IMG/VR virus record: IMGVR_UViG_3300028601_000020
Length of the DNA stretch: 64,000 nt
Source: a virus
Taxonomy: Duplodnaviria; Caudoviricetes
Direction: 5' to 3' (one strand)
Part shown: in pieces, positions 53,981-61,851 of the stretch
Layout: the number at the start of each line of letters is the position of its first letter
Numbering within the stretch: the stretch's first letter is position 1
The notes under the pieces: model-generated
Databases searched by the model: none
Seen by the model: the letters and a program-made list of their open reading frames with translations, nothing else
Told to the model about the DNA's origin: nothing
Made by a program: the position numbers and the translations under genes

Positions 53981-54985
53981 ATGATTAGTTTAAGAGACTT
54001 GTATTTTATGAATCTTTTGTCTTTAAGAATGGGTCTCAAGAAAATCCGTTCTGGTGTGTGGAACTGTAAGTGCGCTTTTGGGTGCGACAATAAAAATAGA
54101 AAAAAACGAATGTTCTTTCTCTTGAAAGATTCTGAAATAACTGTTTATTGCCACGATTGTGGATATTCAAGAAAACTCAAAGGATTCCTTGAAGACAAAT
54201 TTCCAGAATTAGTTGAAGAATATAATTTTTATGGGTTTAAAGCACCACTTAAAAAAGAAAACATTGCAGAAAGCCTTTTGAATATTTTGAACGAACCCCA
54301 AAACAAAACTCATAAAACATTCATTCATGATTCAGAATTATTCAAAATAACAAAAAGTTTCAATGATCTAAAAGATTCTCACCCAGCAAAAAAGTACACC
54401 AAAAAAAGATTAATTCCATTTGACCAAGTAAGATATTGTGCGAATTTGAAAAATCTACATGAACGTTTGTTCAATGAAGAATCAAAATTTTTGCCTGTTC
54501 CTTGTTTAGTCATTCCATTTTTCAGAAAGTCAGGTAATATTGAAATTCTTCAAGCAAGAATGTTTGATCCAAAATTAAAACCTAAGTACCTAACATTAAA
54601 ATTAAATCCAGAAGCAGAAAAAATTTATAATCAAGATTTTGTTGACTATTCTGAAGACGTGTTTATTCTTGAAGGGCCGATTGATTCTATGTTTGTTCCT
54701 AACGCAGTCGCAATGGCAGGTTCAGACGCTTCTCCGTCAATTCCCGGAAAATACATTTGGGTATTTGACAATGAACCCGGCAACAAAGAGATCGTTCACA
54801 AGATGATCAAAAAAATAGACGAAGGAGAAAGAATCGTTATTTGGCGCAAAGAAGACAATTTCAAAGATATTAATGAAGGTTTAGTTAAAAAAATGTTTGA
54901 CACTGCCGAAATTTTTGATATACTAAAACTGAGAGTTCAACAGGGCATTAAAGCCAAGCTAGAAATCACAAAATGGAGAAAATGA
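53981..54985 (+). CDS. 61: DNA primase gp61
   Basis: N-terminal Zn-binding CxC..C...CHDCG; TOPRIM EGPIDSMF, FDNEPGN, KDINE. Confidence 0.93.
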   Translation: MISLRDLYFMNLLSLRMGLKKIRSGVWNCKCAFGCDNKNRKKRMFFLLKDSEITVYCHDCGYSRKLKGFLEDKFPELVEEYNFYGFKAPLKKENIAESLLNILNEPQNKTHKTFIHDSELFKITKSFNDLKDSHPAKKYTKKRLIPFDQVRYCANLKNLHERLFNEESKFLPVPCLVIPFFRKSGNIEILQARMFDPKLKPKYLTLKLNPEAEKIYNQDFVDYSEDVFILEGPIDSMFVPNAVAMAGSDASPSIPGKYIWVFDNEPGNKEIVHKMIKKIDEGERIVIWRKEDNFKDINEGLVKKMFDTAEIFDILKLRVQQGIKAKLEITKWRK

Positions 54986-55341
54986 AAATGAAGCCATCCC
55001 AGTCAGAAATCAATGAATGTAATGAAAAAGCAACAAGCCTTTTGAACCGATTGAAAAAAGATTCTTTTGTCTCAAAACGCGCTATCAATAAAAAAGAGTA
55101 TGTTGAAGCGTATCTTATAAAAATCAATTATAAATCTGGCATCAGTGAATCTTTTTGGTGTACAAATTTTGAATGTAAATACTCCGGTAGTGACATTACT
55201 TCTATAAAATGGACTCGGTTGTTTGATGGTTATCATCCAATTCTTGTTGGAGTTGACAATATTGAATCCGTTTTTGTTGCTGATCGGGCCGCTCTTCCAA
55301 AAGAAACGTTTGATCTTATTGAGAATCACGAAACTGAATAA
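54982..55341 (+). CDS. Hypothetical protein
   Basis: Coupled to the primase stop. Confidence 0.65.
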   Translation: MKMKPSQSEINECNEKATSLLNRLKKDSFVSKRAINKKEYVEAYLIKINYKSGISESFWCTNFECKYSGSDITSIKWTRLFDGYHPILVGVDNIESVFVADRAALPKETFDLIENHETE

Positions 55342-55356
55342 AAGGAGAACACTGAA

Positions 55357-55629
55357 ATGAAACTGAAAGATATTTTGCTCCACAAGAAAGGTAACATTAC
55401 AATCGTGATCGTGGCTTTTATTATCGCCGTTTCTATAGTAAGCGGTTCTGCGAATCCCGCGGGAGGATTCATGTTTTTCTTCCCTGCGGCATGGGCACTT
55501 TTGTGGATGAAATGTATGTTCATTGCAGGACTGTTTTGGTTCATTAATGCTGCATGTGAAGCCATTAAGAAAGAAGTCAAGGAAGTTATCATTGACGCAA
55601 ATACTGAAATCAAGAAAGGAGAAAACTGA
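55357..55629 (+). CDS. Small membrane protein (paralog A)
   Basis: Hydrophobic; N-terminus similar to the next ORF. Confidence 0.65.
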   Translation: MKLKDILLHKKGNITIVIVAFIIAVSIVSGSANPAGGFMFFFPAAWALLWMKCMFIAGLFWFINAACEAIKKEVKEVIIDANTEIKKGEN

Positions 55630-55861
55630 AATGAAACTAGGCGAATTTTTGCGACACAAGAAACTTAATATTGCAATTTTTGTGGTTGCTGCTATAATTT
55701 CTGTGGCAAGCGTGATTTATGGAAATAAACCGGTAAGTGAAGCGGTTGTCAGATTTCCGCTCGGTTTGTTTAGTGTGTGGCTGTATGTCATGATTAACGG
55801 TTTTATTTGTCATAAAATTTATTGTTGGTTCAAGCGCAAAAAAACCACCGAAAATAATTGA
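55630..55861 (+). CDS. Small membrane protein (paralog B)
   Basis: MKLGEFLRHKKLNIAI; RBS context nearly the same as paralog A. Confidence 0.65.
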
Positions 55862-55869
55862 GGAAAACC

Positions 55870-56985
55870 ATGATTAGACTTTATAAGCGAGCAAAGAACA
55901 AAAAGGTTTCTGTTTGGTCGTGTTGGGTTGAGGAAGAAAACGGCGTGCCTGTTATTTTTCGGGAGTCTGGTTATACAGATGGAAAAAAGACAGTAAAGAA
56001 GAAATACGTCCGAAAAGGAACGAATAAAGGAAAGAGCAACGAAAATTCTCCTCTTGAAAATGCCCTTTTCATGGCCAACAATCTTATCAAGGACAAAATT
56101 GAAGAAAATTTTGTCAACAATATTCTTGATATTGATCTTCCGTCTAAGTTTCTTTATCCTGCTCTTGCTATCAGTGACACGAAAAAGGCAAAGTATCCAT
56201 GTTTCGTTCAGCCTAAGTTGAATGGGGCTAGGGCTGTTTCATTCAGACATTTGAAAGATAATCGTCTTCTTTCGCGGAACAGGAAAGAATTTGCAGGAGT
56301 TGATCATATCACGGAATCTTTGTTTTTGTTTGGCAGCCTTTCTCCTGACGGGGAAATTTACAAGCACGGTCTGACTTTTCAGCAACTTATTTCATTGATG
56401 AAGAAAGACTATAAAGAAGGAGAGAACGAGGATTATAAGGATCTTTCGTCAATTGATCTTGAATATCATGTATATGATCTTGCAATTCCGGATAAAACCT
56501 ATCTTGAACGAAAAGAAATTCTTGATAATATAATCCCTGATTGGCATCCTATTATCAAGCAAGTGGAAACGGTTCAAGTGAATTCGTTTGATGAAGTAAA
56601 GAAATATCATGATAAGTGGGTTGCCGAAGGATACGAAGGCATAATTATTCGTAACAAAGATGAAAAATATGCCTTTAATGATCGGAATAAGTCTCTCATT
56701 AAATACAAAGAATTCCAAGATGAAGAGTTTGAAATTGTTGGCTATGAAATTGAAGAATACGACGATTCTTTGAATAACCAAATGCTTGAATTGGTTATTT
56801 GGAAATGCAAAGCTGGAAACGAAACATTCACTGTTCGTCCTGTTGGATCGGTAATTGATCGTGCTGCGGCTCTCAAGACAGCGAATGAACAAATTGGCAA
56901 AATGTATACTGTCAGATTTCAAGAGAAGTCTAAAGACAGTGTGCCCATCTTCCCCACAGGTTTAGGGATTCGGGACTATGAATAA
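55870..56985 (+). CDS. ATP-dependent DNA ligase
   Basis: QPKLNGAR, DGEIY, YHVYD, GYEGIIIR, LIKYK, TVRFQE...PIFP. Confidence 0.93.
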   Translation: MIRLYKRAKNKKVSVWSCWVEEENGVPVIFRESGYTDGKKTVKKKYVRKGTNKGKSNENSPLENALFMANNLIKDKIEENFVNNILDIDLPSKFLYPALAISDTKKAKYPCFVQPKLNGARAVSFRHLKDNRLLSRNRKEFAGVDHITESLFLFGSLSPDGEIYKHGLTFQQLISLMKKDYKEGENEDYKDLSSIDLEYHVYDLAIPDKTYLERKEILDNIIPDWHPIIKQVETVQVNSFDEVKKYHDKWVAEGYEGIIIRNKDEKYAFNDRNKSLIKYKEFQDEEFEIVGYEIEEYDDSLNNQMLELVIWKCKAGNETFTVRPVGSVIDRAAALKTANEQIGKMYTVRFQEKSKDSVPIFPTGLGIRDYE

Positions 56986-57175
56986 TTTTTTGAAGTCGGC
57001 TACACCAAGAATCGTTGGATGTATTGGAGTTGTTTCTTTGCTTGGTATACTGAAGTGGATTTTTGGTGATGAATTCGGCATAGCAATGTTTATCCTTATT
57101 CTGCCGTTCATTGTTGTCGGGGTTCTTGCTGCTTTCGCCGGTCTTATTGATATGATTTTTACAGGGAAATGGTGA
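56978..57175 (+). CDS. Small membrane protein
   Basis: Two hydrophobic helices. Confidence 0.6.
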   Translation: MNNFLKSATPRIVGCIGVVSLLGILKWIFGDEFGIAMFILILPFIVVGVLAAFAGLIDMIFTGKW

Positions 57176-57308
57176 AGCAAAAATGACTAATATTCAAGTC
57201 ACCAAATAGGTTTATGACTAATATTCTAATCATCATGGGAATAATAATTTATGTTATAGGAGCATATTTTATTATTTCCCTTCAATTCAAAAAATTTGAA
57301 CAAGAACT

Positions 57309-57734
57309 ATGAAAATCATCGTCATGCCACGAAAAGCAGCGGAGAATACTGCTACCGGAAAGCCAAAATCTGAAATTATTGTGATTTCAATTTATTCTAG
57401 TGGCGACCCTCCAGCGGATATCAAATGCTGCGAAAAAATTTGTCGTTTGAATTTTGATGATGTTTCCAGCGATACGGTTCCCGGGACGGTTCCTTTTAAC
57501 AAAGGTTTTGCTGATCAGATCATTGATTTTATGGATGAAAATCTTGATGCAAAATATCTCTTGGTTCATTGTGATGCCGGAATTTCCCGTAGTCCAGCAG
57601 TCGCAACAGCCATTGCGGAATTTTATTTTAACGATTATGAATTTCATTTACACCATCCATGTTATAACAGAATGGTTTATCATATTCTTCGTTATAGAAT
57701 GGAAGACAGAAAGGAGAACGAATGTCAGAAGTAA
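57309..57734 (+). CDS. Protein-tyrosine / dual-specificity phosphatase-like protein
   Basis: VHCDAGISRS (CX5R), LNFDD. Confidence 0.88.
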   Translation: MKIIVMPRKAAENTATGKPKSEIIVISIYSSGDPPADIKCCEKICRLNFDDVSSDTVPGTVPFNKGFADQIIDFMDENLDAKYLLVHCDAGISRSPAVATAIAEFYFNDYEFHLHHPCYNRMVYHILRYRMEDRKENECQK

Positions 57735-57973
57735 AACATTATATTTTTGACCATGATAGGAAAGTCAGATATGATCAAAACGAATACCCCAAAGAATATT
57801 GGGTTTCTAAAGAACGAGGTGTAAAAGTTGGAGATGTGCGGGTTTTTGATGATCGGCTTCATTTTGCATGGTCAGTTGAAAAAAGACGTTGGCCGAGAAA
57901 AAATACAGTAAAATGGTGGCCCGTTCAAAAGTATCATCTAAAGCATGTTTTTGACACTATCGGGGAAGAATGA
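57722..57973 (+). CDS. Hypothetical protein
   Basis: ORF with AAGGAG RBS. Confidence 0.65.
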   Translation: MSEVKHYIFDHDRKVRYDQNEYPKEYWVSKERGVKVGDVRVFDDRLHFAWSVEKRRWPRKNTVKWWPVQKYHLKHVFDTIGEE

Positions 57974-58347
57974 TGGATTGGTTTGAAAAACAAATTGTCG
58001 GTCCTTTACGCGAAATCGCAAAAAATTGGGGAGGAGAAAGATCGTCATTGTGGAATGATGTACGAAAAGAACACTTGAAAAAGTTTCCGGCATGTGCTAT
58101 ATGTGGAAGGGAAGATGTTCAGATTAATGTTCATCATATTCATCCGTTTCATGTTCGTCCTGACTTGGAACTTGCATCTGACAATCTTATAACGCTTTGC
58201 CGGGATCATCATTTTGATTTTGGCCATCTACGAATGTGGAAATCATGGAATGTGAATATCAGAGAAGACGCCTTGATATGGAGCAACCGGTTTAAAAATC
58301 GTCCGGGATCAAAAGAGGATTATTTCAATCTTGGACATAAAGACTGA
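57970..58347 (+). CDS. Small HNH endonuclease
   Basis: CAICG...VHHIHP...NLITLCRDHH. Confidence 0.85.
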   Translation: MMDWFEKQIVGPLREIAKNWGGERSSLWNDVRKEHLKKFPACAICGREDVQINVHHIHPFHVRPDLELASDNLITLCRDHHFDFGHLRMWKSWNVNIREDALIWSNRFKNRPGSKEDYFNLGHKD

Positions 58348-58356
58348 GGAGAAATT

Positions 58357-58809
58357 ATGAAAAAAGTATTTGATCTTACAACCCTGACTTTTATTGAAGT
58401 ACCCGACGATTATATTAGATGTTCAATTTGTGAAAAGTGGGAGCCGCCCGTTGAATATTGTCGGAACAAAGGTGGAAAGCAGACACGGACCAACTGTGAA
58501 TCGTGTTATATGATGGATTTTGATGAAATGAAAAGGCTAGGTAGCACAACACACAAGATTCTTCATTCTGAAGGAGTTCAACGTATTTTGAGAGAAGAAT
58601 CAGACAAAAAAGCGTATTACGAAAATTCCGTTCCAGTTGAAATGATGATTGAATATCTTCAATCACTCCCTAAAAATTCTCGTTTGTTTGTCGGGCAGTC
58701 AGGATATTATGCAGAAGGAAAGTTTGGATTTGTTGAATTTCCAATTTTTAAAAAATCATTTGATGATATTCAATATTACCGTATAGGGTTTTCTTCCCAA
58801 GAAGCATAA
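58357..58809 (+). CDS. Hypothetical protein with zinc ribbon
   Basis: CSIC and CESC pairs; GAGGAG RBS. Confidence 0.7.
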   Translation: MKKVFDLTTLTFIEVPDDYIRCSICEKWEPPVEYCRNKGGKQTRTNCESCYMMDFDEMKRLGSTTHKILHSEGVQRILREESDKKAYYENSVPVEMMIEYLQSLPKNSRLFVGQSGYYAEGKFGFVEFPIFKKSFDDIQYYRIGFSSQEA

Positions 58810-58820
58810 AAGGAGCATAT

Positions 58821-59006
58821 TTGAAACAACGAATTTTTTACAGAGTCAAGGTTCAGTATCCAGATTCAGATAAATACTGGCTAGGAGCTAAATTCAGTTC
58901 AAGAGAAAAAGCAGAGAGGCATTCCGAGACTATTAGGAATGCCTCTGTTGTAATGTGTGTACCAATCAATACTAGGAGACGAAATGAAGGCGATTATTAT
59001 CGTTAA
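58821..59006 (+). CDS. Hypothetical protein
   Basis: TTG start after AAGGAG. Confidence 0.5.
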   Translation: MKQRIFYRVKVQYPDSDKYWLGAKFSSREKAERHSETIRNASVVMCVPINTRRRNEGDYYR

Positions 59007-59535
59007 TGGCTATCCAAGGGCCGGCAAGGATACATTCATTGATTGTTGTTTATCTCGTTTTTATCAACTTCCTTTTGGGGCAAATGTTTTCATTGAAAAA
59101 CATTCAACTGTTGATACAGTAAAAGATATTGCCAAACAGATGGGATGGAACGGAGAGAAAACCCCTGAAATGCGAAATATGCTTTCAGAGTTGAAGGATC
59201 TTTATACCAAGTATTTTAATGGTCCTTTGAATGAAATCAAAAATGCCATGAATTATGATGGCCTTGCCATTGACGTTGTTCTTTTCACTTGTATACGCGA
59301 ACCAGAAGAAATTAGAAAAACAGTTCAGTGGGCCGAAGAGAATGGTATTAAATGGTTTACCGTTCTTGTTGTGAATCCAAACAAAGAAGAAAATTACCAC
59401 ATGTCCCATAGTGATGCTCAGGTGCTCGAATTTAATTATTCTCATGTCATTATGAATGATGGAAATCTTGGAGAGTTGGCGGATAAAGCGTTGACTTTTT
59501 CCGAAAACGTTATTAAAATCTGTAATTTTAAGTGA
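58984..59535 (+). CDS. dNMP-kinase-like P-loop protein
   Basis: NGYPRAGKDT, AKQMGWNGEK, IREPEEI, NDG. Confidence 0.8.
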   Translation: MKAIIIVNGYPRAGKDTFIDCCLSRFYQLPFGANVFIEKHSTVDTVKDIAKQMGWNGEKTPEMRNMLSELKDLYTKYFNGPLNEIKNAMNYDGLAIDVVLFTCIREPEEIRKTVQWAEENGIKWFTVLVVNPNKEENYHMSHSDAQVLEFNYSHVIMNDGNLGELADKALTFSENVIKICNFK

Positions 59536-59729
59536 AAATGAAGATTCACAAAATCAAGAAATACAAAGATATTGCTGAAACAGATCATGAACCGGGTGAT
59601 ATATTCAGAGTCCAAGAACGAGAACGGGCATGGCGATGGGTGGTTGCTGTGAAATATAATCGCATGTCTTTCGGGACGAAGAAAGAGGCTGTGGAATTTT
59701 CTGAAAACTGGAGGAAATTAAACGAATAA
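59532..59729 (+). CDS. Hypothetical protein
   Basis: Coupled ORF. Confidence 0.55.
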   Translation: MKMKIHKIKKYKDIAETDHEPGDIFRVQERERAWRWVVAVKYNRMSFGTKKEAVEFSENWRKLNE

Positions 59730-59755
59730 AATTTCATTTTTTCTTTGAAAAAGTA

Positions 59756-59841
59756 TTGACGTTTCTCGGATAATCGTTTAATGTAGTTGTGAAAGTTAAG
59801 TGAGACGTTTGATTGAGTTAATTCTAAAAGAGAGGTTAGTC
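59756..59841 (+). promoter_or_regulatory. Early promoter plus conserved leader
   Basis: TTGACG-N17-TAATGT; leader as at 6941 and 33616. Confidence 0.8.
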
Positions 59842-60195
59842 ATGAAGAAAGAAATCGTTGTTGTTGTCACCCCCGAGACCGCCGAGTTCAAGACCTTTTT
59901 CGCCGGTCTTGTCAAGAAATATCACGCGCATTGCGACAAAGAAGGTTACACAATCCGCGATTTTCATTTCTTTACCGAAGGCAAGCGGTACATCAAGGTT
60001 TGCACCGGTATTGAAGAAACCAGCAAAGTAGGTTCTTCTTATTGCTTCATTGACAAGACCAACGGCAATGTTCTGAAGCCCGCCTCTTGGTCTTCTCCCG
60101 CAAAACATGCCCGAGGCAACATCTTTGCCGCTGACAACGGTCTTGATTGCTGCGGCCCTTACGGTGTTGCTTATCTTCGCGGAGGTAGTTATTAA
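59842..60195 (+). CDS. Hypothetical early protein
   Basis: GKRYIKV...FIDKTNGNVLKPASWSSPAKHARGNI; C-rich codon usage. Confidence 0.8.
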   Translation: MKKEIVVVVTPETAEFKTFFAGLVKKYHAHCDKEGYTIRDFHFFTEGKRYIKVCTGIEETSKVGSSYCFIDKTNGNVLKPASWSSPAKHARGNIFAADNGLDCCGPYGVAYLRGGSY

Positions 60196-60628
60196 AATGA
60201 AAAGTCTCTATTATAGACTGAAAGAAGAAGGAATTACTGATCTTGATTATCTTTTCTCTGATCAGGACAAATGGCAATATTATTCTGATCTTTATCTTTC
60301 CGTGACTCCCGAAACCACTCGAATCCTCAGAAAAGAATACCCGAAACAAAAGCCGAAATGTTCACAAACCTGATAACAAAGACTCCGTGGTATGACGTTT
60401 TTGGTGGATATGATCCTTATTGGGAAGATTGTGAACGAAAAGGCAAAGAGAGGGAAACAAAATGAAAGATGACCAGATTATTTTTGAACCCGGTGACATT
60501 CTCTGTTTTTACGGCAATGAATATGAAGTCATTCAAGGAAACCCTAATGGTGAGCCAGAAATTATCGCTATGCAAGGAATTCACGAAACAAGATTTTGGG
60601 TATTTCCCAGAAAAGGAGTTAGTAAAAA

Positions 60629-60838
60629 ATGAAATTTTATAACATTCTTATTCCCATTTTGATTCTAATTTTTCTTTCTGGTTGTGGGGTCCGACCAGAT
60701 GATTTTAAGAAAGCGGAAAAGGTGTGCGAACCAAACGGCGGGTTGAAAGCATTTACTGTTTTCCCGTTTCGGCAAATTGTTTGTAATAATGGATTGAAAA
60801 CAGAAAGTTTAGATGACGTTGAGGTGAAGGTTGACTGA
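60629..60838 (+). CDS. Putative lipoprotein
   Basis: Lipobox LSGC. Confidence 0.65.
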   Translation: MKFYNILIPILILIFLSGCGVRPDDFKKAEKVCEPNGGLKAFTVFPFRQIVCNNGLKTESLDDVEVKVD

Positions 60839-61238
60839 AAACAAAAGTAAAAAATTAAACAAAGAATACACGAATGATATTTTTTGGTGGAGCGTTTTCA
60901 CCACTATGCAAACAGGAATTTTATGGCACTTGGTTTCTTCCGGTCCGTCATGGATAATGAGAATTGCTCTTGCGCTTGCCGCCATAACAATATTCCTTTC
61001 TGTATCTTATTCAATTGCACTCTCTGATTTTATCACTGACAATTATCCATCTGATTATTCGTGGATATCGTCTATGCCAATTACTATAAAAGGAGCTTTT
61101 GCTTTAACAAACGGCACTCTATGGTGCATGTATGGTTTTCCGATTTTAGGAATAATTTTGTTTATTTCTGCTTCTTTCAATATGTTTGTTCACCATGAAA
61201 AGCTGAAATTTCACAAAAAGATGGGATGGATTGAGTAA
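60831..61238 (+). CDS. Membrane protein
   Basis: Several hydrophobic segments. Confidence 0.65.
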   Translation: MTENKSKKLNKEYTNDIFWWSVFTTMQTGILWHLVSSGPSWIMRIALALAAITIFLSVSYSIALSDFITDNYPSDYSWISSMPITIKGAFALTNGTLWCMYGFPILGIILFISASFNMFVHHEKLKFHKKMGWIE

Positions 61239-61241
61239 AAA

Positions 61242-61318
61242 CACCGGGTGAAGGTTGATAAGTACGTTCAAGCGTTCAAGTATTCAAATTTGAAACCTTT
61301 ATCAACCTTCACCCGGTG
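61242..61318. repeat. Perfect 20-bp inverted repeat with 37-nt spacer
   Basis: caccgggtgaaggttgataa / ttatcaaccttcacccggtg. Confidence 0.9.
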
Positions 61319-61325
61319 AAAAACA

Positions 61326-61724
61326 ATGAAATCAATTTATTTCGCTCCTTTTGTCATGGGAGCTTTTTTATTTTCTGCTTGTTCCCCAATGCCAAAACCG
61401 CAGTACGGATTCACGTCTGAATATGTACACGAAGAACAAGATTTATCCAAGATGGAAGTGGATATTAAAGTTGATAATGTCTTTTCAACGATGTATAATT
61501 GCAACAAAGAATCATTGAAAAAAGGCGAAGTCTTTCCAGTTTTATTTTCTCTTGGGATGATACCGGGGTGTGTCTGGACAGATATATGGGTTGAGAAGAA
61601 CGAGAACGATGAATGGGAAGGCACAATTAAACGATGTTATGGGTTCGCAACACCTTCAACGTATAAACATGAATTAGAACACTGCAAAGGTTATGACGAT
61701 CATCCTCTCTTCGGATGGTTCTAA
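61326..61724 (+). CDS. Putative lipoprotein with HExxH motif
   Basis: FSAC lipobox-like; HELEH near the C-terminus. Confidence 0.6.
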   Translation: MKSIYFAPFVMGAFLFSACSPMPKPQYGFTSEYVHEEQDLSKMEVDIKVDNVFSTMYNCNKESLKKGEVFPVLFSLGMIPGCVWTDIWVEKNENDEWEGTIKRCYGFATPSTYKHELEHCKGYDDHPLFGWF

Positions 61725-61731
61725 AGTTCCC

Positions 61732-61816
61732 CTAGGAATGACGAGGATCGTCTATCTTTGATTTTTTAATTAAAGTGCATACTCGACTATAAGTTTAATA
61801 AAAAATTGATTACAAG
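61732..61816. repeat. Bipartite intergenic motif, copy 2
   Basis: Similar to 17732-17815. Confidence 0.65.
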
Positions 61817-61851
61817 TCAAAATACAAACAAATAAAGGAGAACCCCAAAAA

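Noticed and set aside
15812-56922. Long minus-strand ORFs such as 15812..16507, 36776..37429, 53123..53821, 55072..55659 and 56449..56922
   Set aside because: They lie antisense to well-supported plus-strand genes and lack RBS or motifs.
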